Origin: a virus
Lineage: Duplodnaviria > Caudoviricetes
DNA: 64,000 nucleotides
Strand: one strand, 5' to 3'
IMG/VR virus record: IMGVR_UViG_3300022548_000175
Span: 4,111 to 68,110 of that record
In this document: positions 1 to 9,680 of the stretch, in pieces
How the letters are laid out: each line of letters starts with the position of its first letter
Position numbering within the stretch: the first letter of the stretch is position 1
Made by a program: the position numbers and the translations under genes
Notes under the pieces: model-generated
Databases searched by the model: none
Told to the model about the DNA's origin: nothing
What the model saw: the letters and a program-made list of their open reading frames with translations, nothing else

Positions 1-1
1 T

Positions 2-3000
2 AAAGGACAGCGCAATGATGAATATTGGAAGGCTATGGAAACCGGCCAGTCCCTTCCGCCGCCCAAAAATGCGTTTGTAAAAGATAAAATGCTTGCAATG
101 ATGGCTGGAGCCGGGATTAATGTAGAACAAAAAGGAAAGACTTTTGCCTTACGTCCAATGACTGATGATGAAATATTGGCGCGGTCAAGGGGAGAATTAA
201 AAAATCCTGAAGTTTTATATCGTAAAAAAGATATGGCGCCCATGAAAGAAGGGCTTTACGATCCGGTAAAGGCGGGCGGAATATTTGGTGATCATTATAC
301 GCATTTTAAGCTTCCGGAAAAAATATTGAATCCTGTGACGGCTCATGCGGCGGCCATTTTAACAAATAGAAGCGTAAAGGATTTGGAAGATATTATTAAT
401 GGAAAAGTTTTTATTGATAAAATAACGGGAAAGGAATCAAAACCTGGGGATAAAAACGCAATATCGGGCGGTCCGGCTGTTGAGCTTTTACTAAGCAAAG
501 TCGACGTAAAAAATGAACTTAAAGACGCGGAGCAGCAAATTCAATTAACAACAAACCCGTCGAAAATGAATAAGCTGCATAAGAAAATTCGATATTTAAA
601 AGCGTTACAAGAAAATAAAATGAGTCCGACCGATTACATGATACAAAACGTTCTTGTGATACCAAGCAAATATAGGCCTATATTCGCTATGGGGACCGAT
701 GGAACGGTAATTACGTCGGATATAAATGATTTGTATCAATCGGCGGCTCGATCGGCGTCTGCTCTTAAAAATTATAAACAACAATTAAAAGATTCGGGTC
801 TTGATGAAGATACGATAAACGCTCAGCTTGCCGAAATTCGCGGCGCGCTTTACAATGATGTAAAAGCTATTTCCGGCCTTCAAGAGCCGACATCGTATTT
901 ACATCGAATTAAAAATAAAAAAGGGTTTATATATCAGATTGGTTCTTATCCTGGGAAACAAAGCAAAGAAGGGTTTTTCCAAGACAAAGTTCTTGAAAGA
1001 AAGCAGGATTTGGTTGGAAGATCAACGATTATTCTTAATCCAAAACTTGGCGGCGATCAAATTGGAATACCAAAAGAAATGGCCGCTAAAATATTTCAGC
1101 CGTTTATAATGAAAAAAATGGTTGAATGGGGGTACAAGCCCCTTGAAGCCGCAAAGCATGTTGAAGATAGAAGTCCAATTTTTCAAAGAGCCCTGCAAGT
1201 CGTCGCGGATCAGCGCTTAGTCATCGCAAATAGAGCGCCAACCCTTCATATGTGGAATATGACCGCGTTTAAGCCTGTATTGGTAGAGGGCAAATCCATT
1301 GAAGTGCCGGCTATAGGAATAAGCAGAAATTTCGGAGGAGATTTTGACGGCGACACGTTTCAAATTCATACTCCAATTTCTCAGAAGGCCCTTGAAGAAG
1401 CGAAAAAAATGCTCCCGTCGGCGTCAATGCTTAAAACCGGCTATGATACAGTTCTTAATTCTCCGCAAATGGACATGGCGGTTGGGGCCTTTCTCGCATC
1501 AAAGGGTGTCGGCGGGAAAGACGTAAAATTAAAATTTAAAAATATTGAAGAGGCACGTCAAGCGTTTAAACAACATAAATTTACTTATGGTGATATGGTC
1601 ACCATTAATAATAAAAAAGCAACTTTTGGAATCCATGAAATTAACGAATCGGTTCCTGACGACGTTAAAAAATGGAATATTGAACTCAACCAAGATAATA
1701 TTGACAAATGGATTAATGAAGTCACTAAAAAATATAATGGAAAAATCGCCCTCGGTCTTGCCGACAAGATTAAAGAGGTCGGAAATAATTATGTGACAAA
1801 ATTTGGGTTTACCATTGGGCTTTCAGACACCGTGTCCGACAAAGAATTGCAGAAAAAGGTGCTCAATAAAGCAAATAAACTAAAAGATCCCGTTAAAAAA
1901 TTTACCGATATCCTTTTAGGGGCCCGGGAAGAATTAAAAAATAAGCATGGTGAATCGACTATGCTTGGCATTGGCATAAAATCGGGCGGTTCTAAAGGTA
2001 TCGAAAATACCGCCGCTATAACTCTTATGCCTGGAATTCTTGCCGATTCAAATGATAAACCAATTCCGATACCGGTGACAAAATCATATTCTGAAGGTCT
2101 TGATACATTCAGTTATTGGGCGGCCGCGCACGGAGCAAGGGCTGGAAATATTAAAAAATCAGTTTCTTCATATATGCCGGGGTGGCTGACAAAAGATTTG
2201 ACAAATTCATTATATCAAACAAGAATTGTTGAAGAAGAGCCTGTTGATTCTGAAGGTGTTGAATATTCTATTGAAGATCGAAAAGGTATTATGAATAGGT
2301 TTCTCGCCAGAGACGTAAAAGATAAGCGTGGCAAAGTTATCGCTAGAAGAAATGATCTTGTTGATAGCAACCTTATTAATAAATTAAACCAAAATAAAAT
2401 AAAAACTATTTTTGTTCAGTCTCCATTAACGGACCCAACCCCCGGTGACGGATTTAGCGCATATTCATATGGCGTTGATTATGAAAATAAACTTCATAAT
2501 CGCGGGGATAATATTGGTATTATTTCCGCACATACTATTACCGAGCCATCTGTTAACCTCGCTATGAAAGCTTTTCATACCGGCGGGGCGGTTACTAAAG
2601 AAAGAGGGGCGGCGACTGTCTTTGATAAATTAGATAAATTATTGAGATTTCAGGAAAGAATTCCTAATAAAGCGACAATCGCCTCTTCTGACGCCAAAGT
2701 TAAAAATATTGTAAAATCTTCTATTGGCGGATATGATATTATACTTGATAATAATGATATTAGATATGTCGCCCCTGGAAACGAACCGACAGTAAAAAAG
2801 GGTGACGTCGTATTTAAAGGACAGCAAATATCGACAGGAACACCGAGCGTCCATGATATTCTTAAATATCGAGGGATGAAGGACGCACAAAAATTTCTTG
2901 TTCAAGAACTTGATAATATATTTCAAAAAAAGCTTGATAAGCGTGATATTGAAACGGTTGTACGTGGTATTACAAACACAACAAGAATAATGCATCCTGG

Positions 3001-3400
3001 CTCAAGTAATTTTGTTACCGGCGATATAGCGCCAACTACGACAGTTGAATTTTTTAATAAAAACAATGAAAAAGAGCAAGATATTGAGGATACGCTTGGG
3101 GATCATTTAGCGGCAGATTATGGAAAATATAAAAAACATACAAAAATAACGAAAGATATAATTAATGATTTGTCTAAAGCCGGGATAAAACGTATTTTAG
3201 TATTTAAAGACAGAATTAAACATTCCCCGTTCTTAGTGCCTCTTGGGGTTGGAGGGAAGGCGTCAATTCCAGAAGATTGGATAAGCAGGCTTGCGCATGC
3301 TAATATAAACAAGGTTTTAACTGAAGGCACGACAATGGGGTATAAAAGCGAAGCGTCTGAGGTTGGAAGTCCAATACCAAAGCTTGTAATGGGCATGTAA
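2..3400 (+). CDS. rpoC: Phage multisubunit RNA polymerase: C-terminus of beta fused in frame to a compact beta' subunit (5'-truncated by window edge)
   Basis: Frame is open from position 2 (KGQRNDEYWKA-METG). RpoC motifs: RKQDLVGRSTI, ANRAPTLH, catalytic FGGDFDGD, bridge helix AAAHGARAG, trigger loop EPSVNLAMKAFHTGG. N-terminal GQSLPPPKNAF..MMAGAGINV resembles the RpoB C-terminus. Confidence 0.93.
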   Translation, partial: KGQRNDEYWKAMETGQSLPPPKNAFVKDKMLAMMAGAGINVEQKGKTFALRPMTDDEILARSRGELKNPEVLYRKKDMAPMKEGLYDPVKAGGIFGDHYTHFKLPEKILNPVTAHAAAILTNRSVKDLEDIINGKVFIDKITGKESKPGDKNAISGGPAVELLLSKVDVKNELKDAEQQIQLTTNPSKMNKLHKKIRYLKALQENKMSPTDYMIQNVLVIPSKYRPIFAMGTDGTVITSDINDLYQSAARSASALKNYKQQLKDSGLDEDTINAQLAEIRGALYNDVKAISGLQEPTSYLHRIKNKKGFIYQIGSYPGKQSKEGFFQDKVLERKQDLVGRSTIILNPKLGGDQIGIPKEMAAKIFQPFIMKKMVEWGYKPLEAAKHVEDRSPIFQRALQVVADQRLVIANRAPTLHMWNMTAFKPVLVEGKSIEVPAIGISRNFGGDFDGDTFQIHTPISQKALEEAKKMLPSASMLKTGYDTVLNSPQMDMAVGAFLASKGVGGKDVKLKFKNIEEARQAFKQHKFTYGDMVTINNKKATFGIHEINESVPDDVKKWNIELNQDNIDKWINEVTKKYNGKIALGLADKIKEVGNNYVTKFGFTIGLSDTVSDKELQKKVLNKANKLKDPVKKFTDILLGAREELKNKHGESTMLGIGIKSGGSKGIENTAAITLMPGILADSNDKPIPIPVTKSYSEGLDTFSYWAAAHGARAGNIKKSVSSYMPGWLTKDLTNSLYQTRIVEEEPVDSEGVEYSIEDRKGIMNRFLARDVKDKRGKVIARRNDLVDSNLINKLNQNKIKTIFVQSPLTDPTPGDGFSAYSYGVDYENKLHNRGDNIGIISAHTITEPSVNLAMKAFHTGGAVTKERGAATVFDKLDKLLRFQERIPNKATIASSDAKVKNIVKSSIGGYDIILDNNDIRYVAPGNEPTVKKGDVVFKGQQISTGTPSVHDILKYRGMKDAQKFLVQELDNIFQKKLDKRDIETVVRGITNTTRIMHPGSSNFVTGDIAPTTTVEFFNKNNEKEQDIEDTLGDHLAADYGKYKKHTKITKDIINDLSKAGIKRILVFKDRIKHSPFLVPLGVGGKASIPEDWISRLAHANINKVLTEGTTMGYKSEASEVGSPIPKLVMGM

Positions 3401-3437
3401 ATAAAGAAAATTTATAATATAAAATTTATTTGTTGGT

Positions 3438-3968
3438 TTGGTGCTTACTATGACACAACAAAAAAAAGAATTAATAATGCTTATGTCGGCCATTACCGGG
3501 GGAGGCGTTATGGGGGCAATGTTAGATAAAATGATTGGAAAAAAACGTTACCCATATAATACATTTTATAAATATTCTTCTCTTGATCCGGAATATATTC
3601 AAATATTAAAATTGAATATGGGTATTGAAAAGAGCGCGATGAGGGGCCGGGCGGCAAAGCAATCTATATCAGGGTTTCAAAGATTTTTAAGAAGAAATCC
3701 AAAAGATGTGACAAATTTTATAAAAAGAACGTCTGGCAAAATACAGAAATCAACGCCGTATATTAAACAAATTATAGAATCTACAGGCGATATTGCGTCG
3801 ACTATAGGCACAACAATAAAAAGGACGTCCGATGCATGGAAAAACATTTCTGCTTTAAGCGTTCCGAAGAAAAAAAGTTATGCAAAATGGATAATTCCAA
3901 GCGCCGGGGCCGGCGCTTTAGGTGGAGCGTATATTCATAGTAAACTTTCAGAACAGGAAGCGCCATGA
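3438..3968 (+). CDS. Hypothetical putative virion protein with Gly/Ala hydrophobic segments
   Basis: 176-aa ORF; IEKSA motif; GAGAGALGG segment. Confidence 0.6.
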   Translation: MVLTMTQQKKELIMLMSAITGGGVMGAMLDKMIGKKRYPYNTFYKYSSLDPEYIQILKLNMGIEKSAMRGRAAKQSISGFQRFLRRNPKDVTNFIKRTSGKIQKSTPYIKQIIESTGDIASTIGTTIKRTSDAWKNISALSVPKKKSYAKWIIPSAGAGALGGAYIHSKLSEQEAP

Positions 3969-4183
3969 TTTCAAAATCGGCTTTTAATAATTTTTTTTTG
4001 AAATTCGCAAATGATCAGCCGCCAGACCTTGCCGATGTTATCGTCAGGGTTTCTAAAAAAATTCATAAGAATATCGAGCGGCGCAGGGATATACGAAGAT
4101 CATATGGCGGTACGATACCTAAAAAACAGGACACTTCTACATTTGGCGCGATAAAAACCCTTATTAATTTAAAAAGGAGATAG
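3965..4183 (+). CDS. Hypothetical small protein (K-x-A motif)
   Basis: ATGA overlap with upstream gene; MISKSAF..FLKFAN. Confidence 0.55.
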   Translation: MISKSAFNNFFLKFANDQPPDLADVIVRVSKKIHKNIERRRDIRRSYGGTIPKKQDTSTFGAIKTLINLKRR

Positions 4184-4185
4184 GT

Positions 4186-4542
4186 ATGAATAAAAATGAT
4201 ATTCTTGAGCAGATTCGTCAGGAAGCATTTCATGACGAGCTTTTAAAATGCGCGGCTATGGATGACGATATTGAAAGCAGAAAACAACGGGCTGCAAGAT
4301 CGTTCGCCGCGCCAAAATATAAAATTCAGCCGAGCGCCACGGCAAGAAGAATTGCTGAAGACGTGCGGGCGATCGCGTCGGGCGCAAAAAAGGCTGTTAC
4401 TAGCGCCGCGGCTCCAGTAAGAAGCGCTGTTCAGCAAAGGAGTGAAAGAGCTGAAAAAGTGTTTGGTCGAGCCGGACAATATAAAATCGGTCCTTCTAAG
4501 CCTGCAAAGCCGGCGGTAATGCAAATGGCTAGTTCAAAATAA
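4186..4542 (+). CDS. Putative internal head protein with conserved leader
   Basis: Leader MNKNDILEQIRQEAFHDELLKCAA. Confidence 0.6.
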   Translation: MNKNDILEQIRQEAFHDELLKCAAMDDDIESRKQRAARSFAAPKYKIQPSATARRIAEDVRAIASGAKKAVTSAAAPVRSAVQQRSERAEKVFGRAGQYKIGPSKPAKPAVMQMASSK

Positions 4543-4600
4543 TTTTATAAAAGAAATGTATACATAAAACATTCTTAAAATTTATTTAAAGGAGCGCTAT

Positions 4601-5242
4601 ATGAATAAAACCGCTGTTTTAACAGAAATTTATGAGGACGCGTTTAAAAATGAATTGGAAAAAATCGCGTTCACGGAAGACACAGAGCCTGCTTTTGAAT
4701 ATTCTGGAAGAAAAGGGGTAATGCGAGCACTAGGGGCGCTTGCGGGGGGAGCTACCGGCGTAGCCGCAGGAAAGGGAATTAAATTTATTAGCAATAAGCT
4801 TTCAGGGCCATCCCTTGAAAAACTTATTAGTCGTATGCCAAGATCGAGTAAAAACAGATACGCTGCAGCTGGCGCTTTGCTTGGGGCTTTAGGCTCTAAA
4901 TCTTATCTTAGCGCAAAGAATCTTGGCATATTAGGAGCTTTAGCTGGAGGGGTGGCTGGGGATATAAAAGCATCACAATCTTTTATTAAATCAAGAGTAG
5001 GGAAGGATGTGTCACCGATGGATGCGCTTATTCAAGATACTTCTCAGGTAAAGCTGAGAAGAATGCTACACGGCATTCCTGCGGCATCTGTAGGCGCTGG
5101 AATTGGGGCCCTTGCCGGTATGATTGGAGGGGCCAAAAAGGCAAAAGTAGGGGCCGGTATAGGGACAGCTCTTGGCGGGCTAGCCGGTATAGCCTCGGGA
5201 ACTTTAAGTGGAGCTAAAAAATTAGAAGAGCATTATAAATGA
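4601..5242 (+). CDS. Putative virion protein with conserved leader and glycine-zipper-like segments
   Basis: RBS AAGGAG; leader MNKTAVLTEIYEDAFKNELEKIA; repeated GALAGG/GAGIG segments. Confidence 0.65.
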   Translation: MNKTAVLTEIYEDAFKNELEKIAFTEDTEPAFEYSGRKGVMRALGALAGGATGVAAGKGIKFISNKLSGPSLEKLISRMPRSSKNRYAAAGALLGALGSKSYLSAKNLGILGALAGGVAGDIKASQSFIKSRVGKDVSPMDALIQDTSQVKLRRMLHGIPAASVGAGIGALAGMIGGAKKAKVGAGIGTALGGLAGIASGTLSGAKKLEEHYK

Positions 5243-5291
5243 TATTAATTGAAATCAATGTTAACGGCACTTTTATATCAAAAATATAAAA

Positions 5292-6098
5292 GTGCCTAAT
5301 TCTATTTATCAGGGGATGGGGAATATGAATGACGCCCGTAACACCTTAAATTGGATTGAAAGAATTAATGATAATGAAAGAAGGGCTGAACAATTTATCT
5401 CTGCTATAGCTGAAGAAGAGGTGGAAGGGTTAAAACGCTTGAATCGTATAATGCGTCAACGAAATATAAGTTCAAGCGAGGCTGAGCCTATAAAAAATCC
5501 TCATACAGGTCAAAGCAAAGCTGAGCCTATAAAAAATCCTCATACAGGTCAAAGCAAAGCTGAACCTATAAAAAATCCACATATAAGCCCAAGCAAAGCT
5601 GAACCTATAAAAAATCCCCATACAGGCCAAAGCAGATTTGATATTATAGCTAAAAAAATTCAAGAAAAGATTGAACCTCCTACGGGTCAAAGTAGATTTG
5701 ATATTATAGCTAAAAAAATCCGAGAAAAGACTGAGCATATGAGAAATCCTCATACAGGCCCAAGTAGATTTGATATTATATCTAAAAAAATCCGAGAAAA
5801 GATTGAGCCTATGAGAAATATTAATACAGGCCCAAGTAGATTTGATATTATAACTAAAAAAATCCGAGAAAAGGCGGAGCCTATAAAAAATATTCAGATA
5901 GGTCCAACAAAATCTGATATTGAAGCAATAGGGAAAAAGATTGATTCTCTAAGAAATGCTGCGACTTCAAAATTATACGATAAAATTCAAAAATTAAAAA
6001 ATTTTAAATTCAAAAAAGGAGCGGCTCTTGAAGATATAAAAAGAGACGCTTTTGAAGATGAAATAAAAAAAATAGCAATGATAAATTTCTATGACTAA
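5292..6098 (+). CDS. Repeat-containing hypothetical protein
   Basis: AEPIKNPHTGQSK and SRFDIIxKKIREK repeats; C-terminal copy of leader motif (LEDIKRDAFEDEIKKIA). Confidence 0.65.
   Translation: MPNSIYQGMGNMNDARNTLNWIERINDNERRAEQFISAIAEEEVEGLKRLNRIMRQRNISSSEAEPIKNPHTGQSKAEPIKNPHTGQSKAEPIKNPHISPSKAEPIKNPHTGQSRFDIIAKKIQEKIEPPTGQSRFDIIAKKIREKTEHMRNPHTGPSRFDIISKKIREKIEPMRNINTGPSRFDIITKKIREKAEPIKNIQIGPTKSDIEAIGKKIDSLRNAATSKLYDKIQKLKNFKFKKGAALEDIKRDAFEDEIKKIAMINFYD
5481..5920 (+). repeat. In-frame tandem repeats: four 39-nt units followed by longer derived units
   Basis: gctgagcctataaaaaatcctcatacaggtcaaagcaaa at 5481 and 5520, variants at 5559 and 5598, then repeated agatttgatattata..aaaaaaatccgagaaaag units. 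Confidence 0.9.
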
Positions 6099-6142
6099 CC
6101 TCGCGGATAAAGCCGTGAGTCTTCTATTGAAAAGGAGAAGTT

Positions 6143-6940
6143 ATGGCGTCGCAACTGCTCTATAAACTCGCGCAGGAAATTGATAAAAATAAAAGCGCCA
6201 CTTCAGAAAAAGAAAAAAACGCACAGCCAATCGATCCAATGGCGATTATGGATTTTTTTGCTTCAAATTATGATATTACTGACGACCAGTTTCATTCATT
6301 TGCCGAACAAAATGGTTTTAATATCCATGAGGCTGAAGAAATAGCGTATAACCTTGCGTCCGCTTTTATGCAAATGATTCGTGGAGGGCGCGGATATAAT
6401 CTTGACGCCAATTCAGTTGATCCACAGCAATTAAAATGGGGAATGATCATAGAATCCGAGCATAGCTCAATTCCGGCTATTCAGAAAAAAATAGCTCTCG
6501 ATCATCTTGCCGAAGATCCTCAATATTATTCAAATGATATTTTTCAAAAAGAACTTCAAAAAGAATATGAGCAACAAATAGATGAAAATCAAGAGCTTAC
6601 AGGCGAAGAAAAGCAGGCTGCGGAATCTTGTAAAACAAAAAAAATTATGAAGAAAAAATCGGCTATGATTAAAACATCTGCTAAAAAAAATCTTATTAAA
6701 TTTCTCGCCTCATTTTTAGCGCAGTCAAAAAAACAAACGCCGAGGATTGCGAAAGAAAATATATCAAATGTTCAAAGAATGCTTGAGGCCGGCCCGGGAA
6801 AGCCTGTTAGCAAATCATTTGGGATCCCTAAAAAATCTTCGTTGAATCCTTCGCAAGTTTTAAGTCCAAAAACCATTTCAGGGCTCCAAAAAGTCGTTAC
6901 TAGCCTAAAAAAAAGAAATATAACTAATATAACTAAATAA
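6143..6940 (+). CDS. DUF5661-like domain protein
   Basis: QLKWGMIIESEH...KKIALDHLAEDPQYY motif; RBS AAGGAG. Confidence 0.7.
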   Translation: MASQLLYKLAQEIDKNKSATSEKEKNAQPIDPMAIMDFFASNYDITDDQFHSFAEQNGFNIHEAEEIAYNLASAFMQMIRGGRGYNLDANSVDPQQLKWGMIIESEHSSIPAIQKKIALDHLAEDPQYYSNDIFQKELQKEYEQQIDENQELTGEEKQAAESCKTKKIMKKKSAMIKTSAKKNLIKFLASFLAQSKKQTPRIAKENISNVQRMLEAGPGKPVSKSFGIPKKSSLNPSQVLSPKTISGLQKVVTSLKKRNITNITK

Positions 6941-6970
6941 AAAGAGGAGCATTTACTGCTCCTCTTTTAT
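6939..6970. terminator. Bidirectional intrinsic terminator between convergent blocks
   Basis: AAAAGAGGAGCA-ttta-c-TGCTCCTCTTTT. Confidence 0.8.
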
Positions 6971-7045
6971 TAGCGCATATCTGGCGATCGCTATTGCCAG
7001 AGCTATCACACATATAATTACATTGATCCTTTCTAACCTTTTCAT
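6953..7045 (-). CDS. 30-aa single-TM micropeptide (not in ORF track)
   Basis: MKRLERINVIICVIALAIAIARYALIKEEQ with AAAGGAGG RBS 5 nt upstream. Confidence 0.6.
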   Translation of the reverse strand: MKRLERINVIICVIALAIAIARYALIKEEQ

Positions 7046-7124
7046 GGTATCCTCCTTTGATCCAAGCGACATTGCTTGGATCAATATAGTTATACCATAT
7101 TTTTTTAATTTCTAACAAAGCGAA

Positions 7125-7421
7125 CTACCTCTGCATAAAGGCGGAAAGTAGTTCACAATGATTTTCAAGTAGCCTCTCAAATACAGGCGTTGTTACCACA
7201 GACCCGACATATATCGGCAGCTCGTTTGGTTTTATTTTTTTTGCTCTTTTAAATACTCTTTTTGAATATATTATTTTATAACGATTACGATATTTGGAGA
7301 AAGACGAGGCGAGAAGAGAGCATGATATGGCGTTCTTTTTAATTTCTACATCCGTGACAAGATCAAAATCATTTGGGTTATTATACGAAATGATATATGC
7401 ATGATTCATATTAATCCCCAA
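7125..7421 (-). CDS. Hypothetical protein with LPLxIG-type tag
   Basis: ELPIYVGSVVTTPVFERLLE. Confidence 0.65.
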   Translation of the reverse strand: MGINMNHAYIISYNNPNDFDLVTDVEIKKNAISCSLLASSFSKYRNRYKIIYSKRVFKRAKKIKPNELPIYVGSVVTTPVFERLLENHCELLSAFMQR

Positions 7422-7886
7422 TTAATTATGACAATCCACTATGACAAGATAACCTGAAGTCACGCCCTTATCGAATAAGAATTTTTTAACAGGAGTATCT
7501 TTCAGGTCGTCATCATAATAAACTATTCCATCAACGATAAGAATACAGCATGTTAAATCATCTCGTACTTTACTTAATTTCATAACATCCGATTTATGGA
7601 ATGATGAATTTTTTAATTTCATTCCCGTTCCATGGCAATACCCACAGGATCTTGACGTATCTTTACAAGAGCATTGTGTATAATTTCGATAATCACTTAA
7701 AAATTCATGTTCAGGCAAATGGTCTCCGGACCATCTCCCGCCAATAACATACCAGTCATAAAATTTTTCTTCACAAGAATCGTCATTGTTATAGCTATAT
7801 TGCGACATGATATTATTTATTAATACTTTTAATTCTGAGAGTTTTTTTGGCCTTTGAGGAATCCAGACTTCGCAGTGATAATGCAT
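7422..7886 (-). CDS. Hypothetical phage protein (DWYVIGGRW motif, CxC..CxxC insert)
   Basis: 154-aa ORF; FYDWYVIGGRWSG; CSC...CGYCHGTG. Confidence 0.65.
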   Translation of the reverse strand: MHYHCEVWIPQRPKKLSELKVLINNIMSQYSYNNDDSCEEKFYDWYVIGGRWSGDHLPEHEFLSDYRNYTQCSCKDTSRSCGYCHGTGMKLKNSSFHKSDVMKLSKVRDDLTCCILIVDGIVYYDDDLKDTPVKKFLFDKGVTSGYLVIVDCHN

Positions 7887-7991
7887 AATTTTATCCTTTT
7901 ATTTTATATTCTAATTTCTGTTATATCAAAATTTTCTACCAAATCAAAATATTCACTTTTCCATAGCTCATGATTTTAATCGCAGAAACAG

Positions 7992-8474
7992 TCACTTTTT
8001 ATTATGTTTCCATTCTTGTTCCAAAAGTTTATCTAGATTTTTATCAATACCAATTAATAGTGGGTGTAATTGTTTTATCTTGATTATCTTATCAACCAAA
8101 TTTTTATAGTTCAAAATGTCTTCTGGAAGATTAAACCCAATTTTTGTGAATATATTAGAGCTTATATAAAAGATATTATTTATGTCTTCGAATAGATTTG
8201 AAGGGCTTTCGCCATATGACATACCTCCGGCAATCAATACGTACAAATGCTGAATTTCTATGACTAAGCTTTCCCGATGATTTCCTCTAATAGCCCTCTC
8301 AATATTTTTCAATTTCTTGTGTATAATTTTTTGATTCCAATTAATACCATATTTATCAACAACCCACTCGGATTTGTTGGTTTTAAGAGTGTCTACATAA
8401 TTATGTCCAGCCTTAAAATCTAATATCCTGTTTTTGTCCCATAACAGATATGCAATACATAAGTCGGCACCCAT
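7992..8474 (-). CDS. Hypothetical protein with LPLxIG-type tag
   Basis: LHPLLIGIDKNLDKLLEQEWK; RBS AGGAG. Confidence 0.7.
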   Translation of the reverse strand: MGADLCIAYLLWDKNRILDFKAGHNYVDTLKTNKSEWVVDKYGINWNQKIIHKKLKNIERAIRGNHRESLVIEIQHLYVLIAGGMSYGESPSNLFEDINNIFYISSNIFTKIGFNLPEDILNYKNLVDKIIKIKQLHPLLIGIDKNLDKLLEQEWKHNKK

Positions 8475-8555
8475 AAGAACTCCTTTTATAATTTTCCCCC
8501 GTAAAAATCTATCGATCCTATACTGAGGACTTAAAAGGACTCATAGAAAAGAATT

Positions 8556-9110
8556 CTATACAATCCGGAATGGGGGAAGAACTGGTATTACTGGTAACAA
8601 ATGATTTATTTCTTTAACTAATAGCTCGTACAATTTCTTCGGATTCTTAAGTGATTTCTCTACAATACACTTCAGACGATCATTGCCAATAAACAGAGGC
8701 AGAGCCTCATTTCCATTCTTGATAACAGCAAGCATGAGATCACATATCGGTCTGATATCAGATTCTAAAATAAGCATCTGTCCATCTTGATTGGAAGCTA
8801 CTGCTTGGGATTTTTTCATTCCTGGAACCCAAAAATAATTATACGCACTAAGATCATACTTGGCATCACAATGGTGAATGTAACTCAAATTATGTTGTCG
8901 ACAAAAAGCTGTAAGATTATCGCACATCCCGTAATTAGACGAACCTATTAATTGGATAGCCCCTTTCCCCGCTTCATCTTTTAAATCTGCCTCACTACAA
9001 GGTCCAGTTATTTCCGATAGTTCATTGTTGATAATACAGAGAAATTCTTCAATAAAATTTCTTGGCAGATCGCCTCCAATTTCAATGGACATACCGATAT
9101 ATTCACTCAT
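8556..9110 (-). CDS. Hypothetical protein with LPLxIG-type tag
   Basis: ALPLFIGNDRLKCIVEKSLK. Confidence 0.7.
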   Translation of the reverse strand: MSEYIGMSIEIGGDLPRNFIEEFLCIINNELSEITGPCSEADLKDEAGKGAIQLIGSSNYGMCDNLTAFCRQHNLSYIHHCDAKYDLSAYNYFWVPGMKKSQAVASNQDGQMLILESDIRPICDLMLAVIKNGNEALPLFIGNDRLKCIVEKSLKNPKKLYELLVKEINHLLPVIPVLPPFRIV

Positions 9111-9346
9111 AAATTTTCCTTTTTTGGTTTAATGAACACATCATACATTCTATTATCAAGATTACACACATAAGTCATCGTAAACCCATCTAGTATAGGC
9201 CGTGTATCGATTCTCCTAAAATGATAGGACTCTTTAAGCATAACTTCTGAAACAAAATGCAAGCAATGAGTATAGGCTTTTTTTGGAATATGGTGCGACT
9301 TGGCTATTTTATATAACTCATTAGTTATCGGCATGTACGCCTCCAT
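9107..9346 (-). CDS. Hypothetical protein
   Basis: 79-aa ORF in a tightly packed operon. Confidence 0.5.
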   Translation of the reverse strand: MEAYMPITNELYKIAKSHHIPKKAYTHCLHFVSEVMLKESYHFRRIDTRPILDGFTMTYVCNLDNRMYDVFIKPKKENL

Positions 9347-9677
9347 CTGAAGGAAATGTCTTTTTCAATTTTCTTTCTATGAACCTGTCCAAATGCTCAT
9401 CAAGACCAAGCAACAGTGGTAAATTTTTCTTATGCATTAGCTCTTGTACTTTTTCTTTCTGAACCCTGTATAAATTGGCAACATGTTCCAAGGTTCGACA
9501 ATGAACCATTAAAGACCATGGATAAGTTCTTGATGGTGGCCTAATATGTGAACAGCAACTTTGTTTTTCGTTATCAGATGGATACCATCGACAGCCCTTA
9601 TCCATGCTACCTACTGGGTGAACTATGCGTTCTTTTCTATGTAACCATTCAATTAAAGCTTCTTGTTCAGGTGTCAT
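9321..9677 (-). CDS. Hypothetical protein with LPLxIG-type tag
   Basis: NLPLLLGLDEHLDRFIERKLK. Confidence 0.7.
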   Translation of the reverse strand: MTPEQEALIEWLHRKERIVHPVGSMDKGCRWYPSDNEKQSCCSHIRPPSRTYPWSLMVHCRTLEHVANLYRVQKEKVQELMHKKNLPLLLGLDEHLDRFIERKLKKTFPSDGGVHADN

Positions 9678-9680
9678 TTT

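Noticed and set aside
5481-5920. Possible CRISPR array
   Set aside because: The units are contiguous in-frame coding repeats with no unique spacers.
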